Below, piece by piece: positions 1 to 8,819 of a stretch of 64,000 bases of DNA. A program made the translations under genes and the position numbers. Under the pieces are notes generated by a model. It searched no databases and had not been told where the DNA came from. It worked only from the letters and a program-made list of their open reading frames with translations. The stretch is from an uncultured Candidatus Saccharibacteria bacterium (GTDB lineage Bacteria > Patescibacteriota > WWE3 > CAZQQZ01). Numbering within the stretch: the stretch's first letter is position 1; every line of letters starts with the position of its first letter. Where the stretch lies: assembly GCA_964595755.1 (NCBI GenBank), contig CAZQQZ010000001.1, positions 22,228 through 86,227 on the forward strand, given 5' to 3'.

Positions 1-147
1 ATTCCCGACCAATTTTACCTGGGAAAAGAGCGGTAACATTCGATTTTTTCCCACGGAAAACGACATAAACTAGATCCGTAGAAGCCTCGGGCTTTTCCCA
101 AACATCCTTCATATCAACCACTTTTCTGAATATGCAGTTCTCGTTTG

Positions 148-1587
148 TCATAAGTATTTTTCCACCTCTCCCATCATAATATCACGAACCTTTTTTAAAT
201 CTAAGTCTGACTTTGCCCATGCAAAAACTTCAAGGTAGGGCATCGTGTCAGAATTTCTAACTAATCCCCAAGCGTCGTTAAAGCCGTCAAATTTTATCCG
301 TGCGTCTCCCTCTAAATCCTGAACATAGTTTTTTTCGGAAAGAGCGTCAGAAACCGCTTTTTCGACTATAAACTTTTTGTCATCCGGGAAAGAAACTAAA
401 ATTTCCCCCGTTGATCGAAAAAAAGGCACGTCACACATAAATTGGGAAAGAGGAACATTAAGATCAGAAAGAATTCGCACAAATCTTCCCGCCGCGTATA
501 GCGCATCATCAAAGCCAAAGTAACCATCGGAAAAGAACATGTGCCCTTTATACTCACCGGCAAAAGGGGCCTCCAAAAGTTCTAACTTTTTGGCAACTGT
601 CCCATGACCGGTGGCCACAAGATGCGGTACTCCGCCATGGGCAACAATATCTTCCTCAACCGCAGGGGAGCATTGAGAGTTAAATATTATTTTAGCACCC
701 GGTCTCCTTTTTAGAATATCTCGCGCGAAAAACATCACCAACCCGTCTCCCCAAAGAGTAAATCCTTTATCGTCCACTATATTTACCCGATCCATATCCC
801 CATCAAAAGCAATTCCCAAATCTGCCTTCTCTTGAACCACTCTTACGCATATTTCCACCATATTTTTCCCGGCTGATGGGTCCGGTTCATGATTTGGAAA
901 AGTGCCATCCAATCGCGAGTGTATATCTATTACATCACAGCCTAAAGATCTGAAAAGCTCCGGGCCAAAAAGCCCTCCCACGCCATTACCAGAATCGATC
1001 ACGACTTTAATTTTTTTGGTATTTTCCTTCGGGAAAAAAGATGACAAAGACTTACAAATTGAGTCTAGGTATGGCTTTTTAAGATCTTGTAGGACAATTT
1101 TTCCAAAACCGGAAGAGAACTTTGCAGAATCTAAAATTGCCTTGATTTCTTTTAACTCCGTATCCGGAATAGTCGTCTTGCCGTCGTAGCAAAGTTTAAG
1201 TCCATTCCATTCCGCTGGGTTATGAGAAGCGGTAATTTCGGCCGCCGCCTTAATTTTTAAAAACTGTCTAGAAAAATAAATTAAAGGAGTACTCACAACT
1301 CCGAGGTCGATGACATCTAATCCAACCGAGAGAATCCCTTTAGTAAAAGCTTCGAAAATCTTTTCTGAAGAAAGACGATTATCTTGGCCAACAATAATCT
1401 TATTCTCGCCTTTATCTCTTAACCAGGTAGCAAAAGCGGCGCCAATGCCAAAAGCATCTTTCGCCTCCCAGTCCTGTCCCCATATACCACGAATGTCGTG
1501 TTTTCTGAATATGAATGGATTCACTTTTTCTTTTTCTGATAATTTGAAAGCGCGTCGTGAATCGCTTCTTCCGCCAAAATCGAACAA
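148..1587 (-). CDS. phosphoglucomutase/phosphomannomutase family protein (alpha-D-phosphohexomutase)
   Basis: The translation has the phosphoserine-loop motif TASHNPAEWNGLK and an FRKHDIRG N-terminal motif; size matches this family. The start overlaps iscU by ~67 nt, so the start codon is uncertain. Confidence 0.75.
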   Translation of the reverse strand: MFDFGGRSDSRRAFKLSEKEKVNPFIFRKHDIRGIWGQDWEAKDAFGIGAAFATWLRDKGENKIIVGQDNRLSSEKIFEAFTKGILSVGLDVIDLGVVSTPLIYFSRQFLKIKAAAEITASHNPAEWNGLKLCYDGKTTIPDTELKEIKAILDSAKFSSGFGKIVLQDLKKPYLDSICKSLSSFFPKENTKKIKVVIDSGNGVGGLFGPELFRSLGCDVIDIHSRLDGTFPNHEPDPSAGKNMVEICVRVVQEKADLGIAFDGDMDRVNIVDDKGFTLWGDGLVMFFARDILKRRPGAKIIFNSQCSPAVEEDIVAHGGVPHLVATGHGTVAKKLELLEAPFAGEYKGHMFFSDGYFGFDDALYAAGRFVRILSDLNVPLSQFMCDVPFFRSTGEILVSFPDDKKFIVEKAVSDALSEKNYVQDLEGDARIKFDGFNDAWGLVRNSDTMPYLEVFAWAKSDLDLKKVRDIMMGEVEKYL

Positions 1588-1934
1588 TGAATTTTCGCTT
1601 TTGGTATCCCTCCAAGAGCTTCAACAACATCAGTATTCTTGACCTTAATAGCATCAGAAAGGGATTTTCCCTTAACCAAATCGGTAACTACCGAGGAGGT
1701 GGCAATCGCCGCCCCGCAACCTAAAGTTTTAAACTTAACATCTTCTATAAACTCCTCCTCCTTACCCTTAACCGTTCGCTTAGCAATTTTTAGCATCATT
1801 TTCATGACATCCCCACAAACCGGATTTCCAACCACCGCCTCTGCATCTGGATCTTCCATATCCCCCATATTATGAGGAGAATAAAAGTGCTTCATTACCT
1901 GATCGTTATAAGTTAAAGTTGATGTATCAGTCAT
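1521..1934 (-). CDS. iscU: Fe-S cluster assembly scaffold protein IscU/NifU-like
   Basis: 137 aa with conserved Cys-containing motifs (GNPVCGD, LGCGAAI, KIHCS) typical of IscU. Sits immediately downstream of a cysteine desulfurase. Confidence 0.8.
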   Translation of the reverse strand: MTDTSTLTYNDQVMKHFYSPHNMGDMEDPDAEAVVGNPVCGDVMKMMLKIAKRTVKGKEEEFIEDVKFKTLGCGAAIATSSVVTDLVKGKSLSDAIKVKNTDVVEALGGIPKAKIHCSILAEEAIHDALSNYQKKKK

Positions 1935-1936
1935 AA

Positions 1937-3124
1937 TTATAAAACAGGACTCATTTCTCTAAGTTTTTCTACTAAGTCGGGAAGGGTTTTAATGACATAA
2001 TCAACCTCCTCGCGAGTAGAATATTTCCCAAGAGACATCCTAATAGATCCGTGGGACCACGCCGGATTTATTCCCATCGCCGTTAGAACATGCGAAGGTG
2101 CCAAAGACTTAGAGGAACAAGCAGAGCCGGTAGATACGAAAATTCCTTCTTTATCCAAAAGCAAAAGGAGGGCTTCACCCTCGATCCCCTCAAAAACAAA
2201 GCTGGCGATGTGGGGGAGCCGATTCTCTGGGTGCCCCGTCAAATGAGAGCTCTTAACATTTTTTAGCACTCCAGTAATTAAGCGATCTCTAAGTTTTGTT
2301 AGAGCCTTCAAATTTGCCAATCTTTCTTTTTGGGAAATTTCAACCGCCTTTCCAAAACCGACGATACCGGCAACATTCTCCGTACCAGATCGAACCCCTT
2401 TTTCTTGGCCCCCGCCATCAATCAAGCGAGAAAATTTTGCCGTTTCTCTCGCATACAACGCCCCTACCCCCTTTGGACCGTATATTTTATGGGCAGAAAG
2501 AGATAGAAAATCAACCCCAAGAAAATCAACATTACAGTTTAAATAGTTAAAAGCTTGAACCGCGTCGGTGTGAAGGTACAAAGGTAAATCACCATCTTTT
2601 CTTTTTCCCCGCACGATTTTAACCATCGAACTTAGGGTTGCAATCGGTTCAATCGCCCCAACTTCATTATTTCCTAACATACAAGAAATCAAAACGGTAC
2701 TCGGCTCTATTTGAGTAAATATTCTTTTAGGGTCAATCTCCCCCGCTTTATTAGCTCCCGCGTAAATAATTTTAACTCCACGAACCCCAAGCTCCTTAGC
2801 GGTATTAATAACAGAAGGGTGTTCCACCTCAGAGACAATAATACTAATTTTCTTTCCTTCCTTTAAAAATCTTTCGGTAACTCCTTTAAGGCAAAGATTA
2901 TTTGATTCGGTTGCTCCGCTAGTAAAGGTTATCTCCGAGGGGTCCGCGCCAAGCGCCTTTGCCAAAATTCCACGGGAAAGCTCAATCGCCTGGCGAGCCT
3001 CTCGACCGAGAGAATGAGCTGACGATGGATTACCATATTTATCTTTCAAAAACGGTAACATTTCCATCATGACATTGGGATCGATTTGGGTAGTCGCGGA
3101 ATTGTCAAAGTAGATGTTATTCAT
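1937..3124 (-). CDS. iscS: cysteine desulfurase (IscS/NifS class V aminotransferase)
   Basis: PLP-lysine motif SLSAHKIYGPKGVGALY and N-terminal YFDNSATT. Start placed at the internal Met (MNNIYFD) because the longer ORF would overlap the histidine kinase gene. Confidence 0.8.
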   Translation of the reverse strand: MNNIYFDNSATTQIDPNVMMEMLPFLKDKYGNPSSAHSLGREARQAIELSRGILAKALGADPSEITFTSGATESNNLCLKGVTERFLKEGKKISIIVSEVEHPSVINTAKELGVRGVKIIYAGANKAGEIDPKRIFTQIEPSTVLISCMLGNNEVGAIEPIATLSSMVKIVRGKRKDGDLPLYLHTDAVQAFNYLNCNVDFLGVDFLSLSAHKIYGPKGVGALYARETAKFSRLIDGGGQEKGVRSGTENVAGIVGFGKAVEISQKERLANLKALTKLRDRLITGVLKNVKSSHLTGHPENRLPHIASFVFEGIEGEALLLLLDKEGIFVSTGSACSSKSLAPSHVLTAMGINPAWSHGSIRMSLGKYSTREEVDYVIKTLPDLVEKLREMSPVL

Positions 3125-3158
3125 AAGAAAATATTCTCTACCTTGGATTATAGCACTT

Positions 3159-4826
3159 TCAATTGAGGGGGAGAGTAAATACAAAACGAGCGCCTTTTCC
3201 AACTTCGCTTTCCACCCAGATACTGCCTCCGTGAGCCTCAACCACGCCTTTGGCTACGACCAACCCCAACCCCGTACCCTTACTTGAAGCCGCCGTTTTT
3301 ATCTGTTCAAATTTTGAAAAAAGTTTAGATTGATCGCTTTTTGCAATCCCAATTCCACTATCTCGAACATATACTTTGACAAAATCTCCTTCTGCGTACA
3401 CACCCACCTCAACGCTTCCTGTATCGGTGAACTTAATCGCGTTAGAAATCAGATTATTAAGGACCAAAGATAATTTCTCTTCATCAAAAGAAACTTTAAG
3501 ATCGTCCTTGGGAAGGTTGATATTCAGGGAAATTTTCTTTTCATCTGCCTTAACTTTAAAGAACTCCACCTCTTTTTTGATAAAGTCAGAAATGGAGGAA
3601 AGCTTTTTGAGTAGTTCAAACTTACCGGCTTCCATCTTGGCGATATTTAGCAAATTGCTAACCACCCCAAGCATAGAGTATGAGGATTGATTAATCTGAT
3701 CATACATTTTCTTGGCCATCTCAAGATCGAGCTGTTGTTGGCGCTTGATCAAGGTATCAGACATTCCGTGAATAACGGTCAGCGGCGCCCTTAGCTCATG
3801 CACCATCATATGGGTAAAATCTTCCCGCATTTTTTGAATTTCTTTGTCCTTGGTTATATCGTGAATCAAAAGAACCGCCCCAATCGTTTCTTCTCCTCTT
3901 TTTACCGGCGACGCGTACAACTGAAGATATTTATCATCCTTCAATATTTCTGAAATTTCAATTTTCTTAACCTTGACCGTTTCCTTCAAAATTTCTCTCA
4001 AATCTGCTTTTCCGCGAAGAGCCTCGTATACTTCAATAATTGAGAGCTCTTTCTGGGGGTCTAATCCAAGTAGTCTTTTGGCGGCAGGATTAACCACCGT
4101 AAGAAGCATATCAGAACTAACCATCACCACCCCGTCAGTCAAACTCTCAACCGCCGTTTCGATTTTCCCTTTTTCCTCGGCTAGCACAATTTGCAAATTT
4201 TCGACCGCCCTTGTTGCTCTTTTTGCTATTCGATAGAGAATTATCATATCTTCTTCGTCATAAGTGCTTTCAGAAACAGCAGCGATGGTCAAAACCCCAA
4301 GAACTTTACCAAAAATAACCAAGGGTACATTAAAAAAAGTTTTCGGAAGAAGCCCCGACGCCTGATCTACCATAAGGCCGGTAATCCGCTCATCAATGGG
4401 GAAATTATGAGCCTGCGGATCAGCCACCTCATAAAAACTGGCGAGCATCCTTTTTTTGACTTCAGAAATGTAGGCGGGGCCAACTCGATCGTTGGCATGA
4501 AGGCGGAGGGCAAGGCTTTTTTGGGTTTTCACCAGATACGAAGCGGAGCTATACTCAAACAACTCCCGTACAGAATCAATAATTATTTCCGCAATTTTTT
4601 GTATGTCCAAAGAATAGCTAATCCGGTCAGAAATCTCTTGGAGAACGGATATCTCAAACAGTTTTCTCTCCGCGTCGTCTTCCCGCCTTTTTAATGAAGA
4701 TAAAAGTCCCGTATAGAGGTCTTCCTTCCTTTTAGCCAAAAAAATCACCGAAAAACACAAAAAAAATAAGAAAAATATCAGAATATCCCGAGGATTAGTT
4801 GTTAAAAGAGGGTCTTGATTATACAT
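3159..4826 (-). CDS. sensor histidine kinase (N-terminal TM segment, GAF/PAS-like region, HisKA H-box, HATPase_c)
   Basis: H-box HELRAPLTVIHGM, followed by N-, G1- and G2-like boxes (LISNAIKFT, DSGIGI, GTGLGL). N-terminal hydrophobic segment. Confidence 0.75.
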   Translation of the reverse strand: MYNQDPLLTTNPRDILIFFLFFLCFSVIFLAKRKEDLYTGLLSSLKRREDDAERKLFEISVLQEISDRISYSLDIQKIAEIIIDSVRELFEYSSASYLVKTQKSLALRLHANDRVGPAYISEVKKRMLASFYEVADPQAHNFPIDERITGLMVDQASGLLPKTFFNVPLVIFGKVLGVLTIAAVSESTYDEEDMIILYRIAKRATRAVENLQIVLAEEKGKIETAVESLTDGVVMVSSDMLLTVVNPAAKRLLGLDPQKELSIIEVYEALRGKADLREILKETVKVKKIEISEILKDDKYLQLYASPVKRGEETIGAVLLIHDITKDKEIQKMREDFTHMMVHELRAPLTVIHGMSDTLIKRQQQLDLEMAKKMYDQINQSSYSMLGVVSNLLNIAKMEAGKFELLKKLSSISDFIKKEVEFFKVKADEKKISLNINLPKDDLKVSFDEEKLSLVLNNLISNAIKFTDTGSVEVGVYAEGDFVKVYVRDSGIGIAKSDQSKLFSKFEQIKTAASSKGTGLGLVVAKGVVEAHGGSIWVESEVGKGARFVFTLPLN

Positions 4827-4844
4827 TGGGCAGAAACTTACACG

Positions 4845-5147
4845 TCACTTTTCTTTTTTAGAAACCCGAAATAACTCAAAGATATTCGTTAAGGATAGAA
4901 TTCCCATTAAACAGAAAAAAGTTTGCGAAAGCGGCACCAACCAAATATTCTCGACGCCAAAAACGCTTGGAATCAAAGCAGAAACCAAAAAACTCAAACC
5001 AATAAAGAAAATTGGCTGTCCGATTTTTCCAGTCCCAATTTTTAAAACAAAAAGCAAAGTTACCAAAAAGGCGATAAAGTTTACAACCGTAAACAACATC
5101 GCGTCCCCAACAAGCGGGCCGGTGTTAGCAATAATTGTTAATCCCAC
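4845..5147 (-). CDS. small hydrophobic membrane protein, function unknown
   Basis: 100-aa ORF with 3 predicted TM helices between the kinase and regulator genes; no recognisable motif. Confidence 0.3.
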   Translation of the reverse strand: MGLTIIANTGPLVGDAMLFTVVNFIAFLVTLLFVLKIGTGKIGQPIFFIGLSFLVSALIPSVFGVENIWLVPLSQTFFCLMGILSLTNIFELFRVSKKEK

Positions 5148-5171
5148 AAAAAATCACCTCCTGTTTATAAC

Positions 5172-5504
5172 TTAAAAATTCCCTTCGCTTTCTTTAACCA
5201 TCTGTTTTCCAAGTTCTAATAAAGACGGGTATCTCGCAAGAAGCGGCTCCATCGTTTTTTTGATTATTTCCCCAGATAAACTGACATACTCGTTAATAAG
5301 AGATTTTAAAGCTTCTTCCGGGGAACCGTTGATCCTTACCACATGCCCATCGTCGTCAATAACAAGCGAGGAAACTTTCCTTGCTTTAAGAAGGGAAATC
5401 GTGGGCCCCAAAACAACCATTTGCTTGGTAATAAGCTCGGTCAAAATTTTTCGGTACTCGATATCGTTTGGCATTTTAAGCGTTTGTGGTAGACATTCCT
5501 TCAT
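5172..5504 (-). CDS. hypothetical protein
   Basis: ORF downstream of the receiver gene. The longest ORF (to 5624) overlaps the receiver by 149 nt. A start at 5504 has a GGAG 6 nt upstream; a start at 5474 is also possible. No recognisable motif. Confidence 0.3.
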   Translation of the reverse strand: MKECLPQTLKMPNDIEYRKILTELITKQMVVLGPTISLLKARKVSSLVIDDDGHVVRINGSPEEALKSLINEYVSLSGEIIKKTMEPLLARYPSLLELGKQMVKESEGNF

Positions 5505-5877
5505 TAGACTCTCCAAGGAGCTGTTCGATTTTGTCGACCACTTCTGAAGGTACAACCTTGTATTTAAGAATAAAATCTTCCGCTCCCATATCAATCGCTT
5601 TGCTAATATTTTCCTCATTACCAAAATTTGTAAGCATAATCACCGGGAGCTTATTAAGTTCCGGGTCGGCTTTCATCTCCCCCAGCGCCTGAATTCCAGT
5701 TTTATCGGGAAGAACTATATCCATAAGAACAACGTTCGGCTTTTCGCTTCGCGCGATTTTTAATCCTTCTTCCACATTACTAGCTCTAAGTAGAGCCAAA
5801 CCCCGAAGCTTAAATTCTGGCTCGTACATCGCAAACAAAGAATCATCGTCTTCTACAATAAGAATTTTTTTCGTCAT
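5476..5877 (-). CDS. response regulator, stand-alone receiver (CheY-like) domain
   Basis: MTKKILIVEDDD...MDIVLPDKTG...LTNFG...K pattern with the conserved Asp pocket and phospho-acceptor Asp. 133 aa, no output domain. Confidence 0.8.
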   Translation of the reverse strand: MTKKILIVEDDDSLFAMYEPEFKLRGLALLRASNVEEGLKIARSEKPNVVLMDIVLPDKTGIQALGEMKADPELNKLPVIMLTNFGNEENISKAIDMGAEDFILKYKVVPSEVVDKIEQLLGESNEGMSTTNA

Positions 5878-5912
5878 TTTTATTTAAAACACCTCCTCCA
5901 AACGTCTAATAA

Positions 5913-6656
5913 TTATTTGAGCATGGACAGATCTTCCATGATTTTTTCCTTGCTGACAACACTTAAACCCTTTTCTTCTTTGGCAGTTGTAAGCAGGAAA
6001 TCTCCCTCGGTAAGAATAAAACAAATCGAAGCTTCTTCCTTATCGCATTTCTCCGCCTGAAGTGCGGCGATAAATGGATTCGGGTCGGAAACATAGGCGT
6101 AAACTGTAGAAAAGGGGTGGGTTTGTTCGTAAAGAGAAAGCCCTCCCTCCATCGTAAAAGCGTAAGGCACCCCCCTTACCTTTGAGGTTTGATTGATTAT
6201 TTTCGCCACCGTTTTTAACGAATTAAAGGGACTTTTGCAATAAATTAATTTCCTATCTGAGCTCTCTAAAGACTCATTCTCCATATTAAGGCTATCCTCG
6301 TCCAAAAAAGTGTCCTTTTTTGGAGGGGCAAAAAATGTTGTCGGGTTCTTTGGCAAATCAAAAACCTCCGCCTCCTTAACTGATTGATCGATTTCCTTTA
6401 AATCCAGGGGTTCGTTTCCCGCTTCCGACTCGGTTTCTAAAACCTTTTCCCGCTCTTTCGCAGGGGCCTTAATCCTGCGTTTGCTTAAAAGCTCCTCAAT
6501 GTTCTTCTTCGAAAAACGATACCTCCCACTCATCAACTGAACATCAGGAACAATGTAACCCCGCTCAAGATAGCGATAAAGCGTCCTCAAGGTAACGTTT
6601 AAAATCGAAGCTACCTCATCCGAAGTATAAAGTTTGTCTTCTAATTCAATCATCAA
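5913..6656 (-). CDS. HTH_17 (MerR/excisionase-family helix-turn-helix) domain protein with C-terminal domain of unknown function
   Basis: N-terminal LYTSDEVASILNVTLRTLYRYLERGYI matches the excisionase/MerR-type HTH. The remaining ~170 aa have no recognisable motif. Confidence 0.5.
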   Translation of the reverse strand: MMIELEDKLYTSDEVASILNVTLRTLYRYLERGYIVPDVQLMSGRYRFSKKNIEELLSKRRIKAPAKEREKVLETESEAGNEPLDLKEIDQSVKEAEVFDLPKNPTTFFAPPKKDTFLDEDSLNMENESLESSDRKLIYCKSPFNSLKTVAKIINQTSKVRGVPYAFTMEGGLSLYEQTHPFSTVYAYVSDPNPFIAALQAEKCDKEEASICFILTEGDFLLTTAKEEKGLSVVSKEKIMEDLSMLK

Positions 6657-6739
6657 GGATCATAATAGAGGATTTGAGGGAAACGTCAATAACCTTGTGC
6701 GGGGTGGTCGTGACCACCCGAAGCTCGGAGAGCGTAGGG

Positions 6740-6814
6740 TGGTGCCGCCATGGGGAGTTGAACCCCACTTTACGGATTGAAGGCCCATTGTCCTAACCGA
6801 TAGACGATGGCGGC
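6740..6814 (-). tRNA. tRNA-Glu (anticodon TTC)
   Basis: The reverse complement folds as a cloverleaf: acceptor GCCGCCA/TGGCGGC, D-stem GTCT/GGAC, anticodon stem ATGGG/TCCGT, loop CCTTCAA, T-arm TGGGG-TTCAACT-CCCCA, discriminator A, CCA encoded. Confidence 0.8.
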
Positions 6815-6836
6815 GTAACTTACCTATTGTAACCTG

Positions 6837-7823
6837 TTACGAGATTTGACGCAACATACCTACAAAAAAATGGAGCTCTTCCTTCCAATAACTTTCATTT
6901 TCGTAGTCTTTTGAAAACGAAATCGTAGCACAAATTCTTTCCAAAAGGCTTACTTTTTCCATAAAAATCACTAGTTTGTCATCAAAAACTGGACAAAATA
7001 AAGAGTAGCCACGTTTAAAACTCTCGGATATTTTCCTGTGGTCCCAACTATTCTGACAAATTGCCCATTGGGCCACCCCAACTCCATAATCATAAAAAGA
7101 GGGACCAAAACAAGTACCCTCAAAATCAAATACTCCGGAAGCTTTGTTTCCTTCAAAAACTAAATTACTGGGACCAAAATCTCCGTGAAGGATACTTTGA
7201 GGCGATCCAAGTAGAGAACGGGTATCCAAAAAAGCCACGCATTGATTAAGTGTACTAAAAACCATCGTGTCCAAGCTTTTTTCCAGATTTATAATGTTTT
7301 GGAAGTCCTTAATTTTTTCGTAGATATCAAGACGAGGAATATCCAAAGAGGTTCCGAAATTTCGGCTTAAAGAGTGAATTTTGCCAAGTAGCTCACCGGA
7401 GCTTTTGACGACCTCCAAATTCCAATCGTCCGGCCAAGCCTTACCTTCAATAAAAGTTAAAACCTCAATCGTGTAACCGTATGGATGATCAAAAAATAAT
7501 TCCCCATTTTTCCCTAAAATTGGGACACGCACGGAGATCCCCTTGCTTTTCAAAAAAATTGACACTTTTTCTTCAAAATAAATACTACCAACGCTCCTTC
7601 TAGGTCGGGAAATTCTAATAATTAATTTTCCAAGATTAGTTTCTGCGATGAAATTAAGATTACTGTAACCGGAAGCAAAAATATTAAAGGAAGTGATATC
7701 TATCGAATAGCGCTCATCAACAAACTTCTCAATTTGAGAATAATCTTTCATTTCCCGAACACGCCTCACAAAAGATGTAAAGGTTTCGTTTTCCTTAAAT
7801 ATTTGCGGTAAAGCAGTCTCCAT
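6837..7823 (-). CDS. aminoglycoside/homoserine-kinase-type phosphotransferase (APH-fold kinase)
   Basis: Brenner motif ILHGDFGPSNLVF and a downstream VFDFEGTCFGPSFYD (DxD) motif, characteristic of the APH/ChoK/ThrB2 kinase fold. Confidence 0.65.
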   Translation of the reverse strand: METALPQIFKENETFTSFVRRVREMKDYSQIEKFVDERYSIDITSFNIFASGYSNLNFIAETNLGKLIIRISRPRRSVGSIYFEEKVSIFLKSKGISVRVPILGKNGELFFDHPYGYTIEVLTFIEGKAWPDDWNLEVVKSSGELLGKIHSLSRNFGTSLDIPRLDIYEKIKDFQNIINLEKSLDTMVFSTLNQCVAFLDTRSLLGSPQSILHGDFGPSNLVFEGNKASGVFDFEGTCFGPSFYDYGVGVAQWAICQNSWDHRKISESFKRGYSLFCPVFDDKLVIFMEKVSLLERICATISFSKDYENESYWKEELHFFVGMLRQIS

Positions 7824-7952
7824 GATTTTTAAATAAGTGGCCGTCAGGTTATATTTTACTGCCCTCCTTCGCCAAGGCTTCGGAGGACACTCCTAGCTCT
7901 AATCTCGCTTCGTATGTGGCTGTAAGCCACCCGAAGCTCGAAGAGCGTAGGG

Positions 7953-8027
7953 TGGTGGGTCCAGTGGGATTCGAACCCACAACTAACGCCTTAAAAGGGC
8001 GCTACTCTACCGTTGAGTTATAGACCC
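7953..8027 (-). tRNA. tRNA-Lys (anticodon TTT)
   Basis: The reverse complement is GGGTCTATAACTCAACGGTAGAGTAGCGCCCTTTTAAGGCGTTAGTTGTGGGTTCGAATCCCACTGGACCCACCA. All four stems pair, the loop is CTTTTAA, and CCA is encoded. Confidence 0.8.
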
Positions 8028-8037
8028 TAATTGTAAT

Positions 8038-8418
8038 TTATCCGTTTTCCTCAAAAACATTCTCAAAAAGATTAATTTTCGAAAGCGACAAATCCTCGTT
8101 AAGAATAATCCCAACTACATCAATCCTCAATGATGGAGGAAGTTCGGGGTGGGTTTCCGAATACACCCAACCAGTGCGAGATAACGCCCGTATTTTCCTC
8201 TCATCAACCGCCTCCTCTGGCTCTTTGTAACTACTCCCAATTTGCGTTTTAACTTCTGCGAAAATAAGCTTGTCCCCCTTGACGAAGACAATATCAATTT
8301 CTCCAAAATCTTTAAACCGCCAGTTTTTTTCGATGAATCGGTATCCTTTTTTAATTAGAAAGTCAAGGGCGATTTCCTCTCCCAAACGACCGACCTCCGT
8401 TTTGGAGTAAGTAGCCAT
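8038..8418 (-). CDS. YraN-family (UPF0102) endonuclease-like protein
   Basis: The motif GRLGEEIALDFLIKKGYRFIEKNWR...GEIDIVF...AEVKT matches YraN/UPF0102. Start taken at the internal Met (MATYSK) to avoid overlap with rplS. Confidence 0.6.
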   Translation of the reverse strand: MATYSKTEVGRLGEEIALDFLIKKGYRFIEKNWRFKDFGEIDIVFVKGDKLIFAEVKTQIGSSYKEPEEAVDERKIRALSRTGWVYSETHPELPPSLRIDVVGIILNEDLSLSKINLFENVFEENG

Positions 8419-8440
8419 ATTTTGATTTAAATTCGGGAAT

Positions 8441-8770
8441 TTAGACTCTAGCGTCAACTTTACTCGCCGCTTTTCCAATCCGGTCGCGGATATAATAAAG
8501 TTTCGCCCGGCGAACATCTCCCTCTTGGGCAAGCTCAATCTTTTGAATCAGGGGGGATCTAAGGGGGAAGATTCTCTCAACACCAATCCCAGCGGCGGCA
8601 ATTTTTCTGACCGTAAAAGTCCCTGTCGCCTGGTTTCCTTTGATCGCAATAACAATTCCCTCAAAGGGCTGAATCCTTTCCTTATCGCCTTCTTTTATCT
8701 TGTAGAACACCTTAACGGTATCCCCGGCGCGAAAATCGAATTTTTTAACTGGTGTTTCTTTATCCTCCAT
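8441..8770 (-). CDS. rplS: 50S ribosomal protein L19
   Basis: 109 aa; FRAGDTVKV...[13 protein letters not shown]...RRAKLYYIR matches L19. Confidence 0.9.
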   Translation of the reverse strand: MEDKETPVKKFDFRAGDTVKVFYKIKEGDKERIQPFEGIVIAIKGNQATGTFTVRKIAAAGIGVERIFPLRSPLIQKIELAQEGDVRRAKLYYIRDRIGKAASKVDARV

Positions 8771-8819
8771 AGCAATTTGCTGATTTTATCATAAAAATGA
8801 CCTAAATCAAGGCTTTTTG

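Noticed and set aside
5172-5624. Full-length 150-aa ORF overlapping the receiver gene by 149 nt
   Set aside because: The overlap is implausible. An internal ATG at 5504 has a GGAG at good spacing, so a shorter CDS was annotated, at low confidence.
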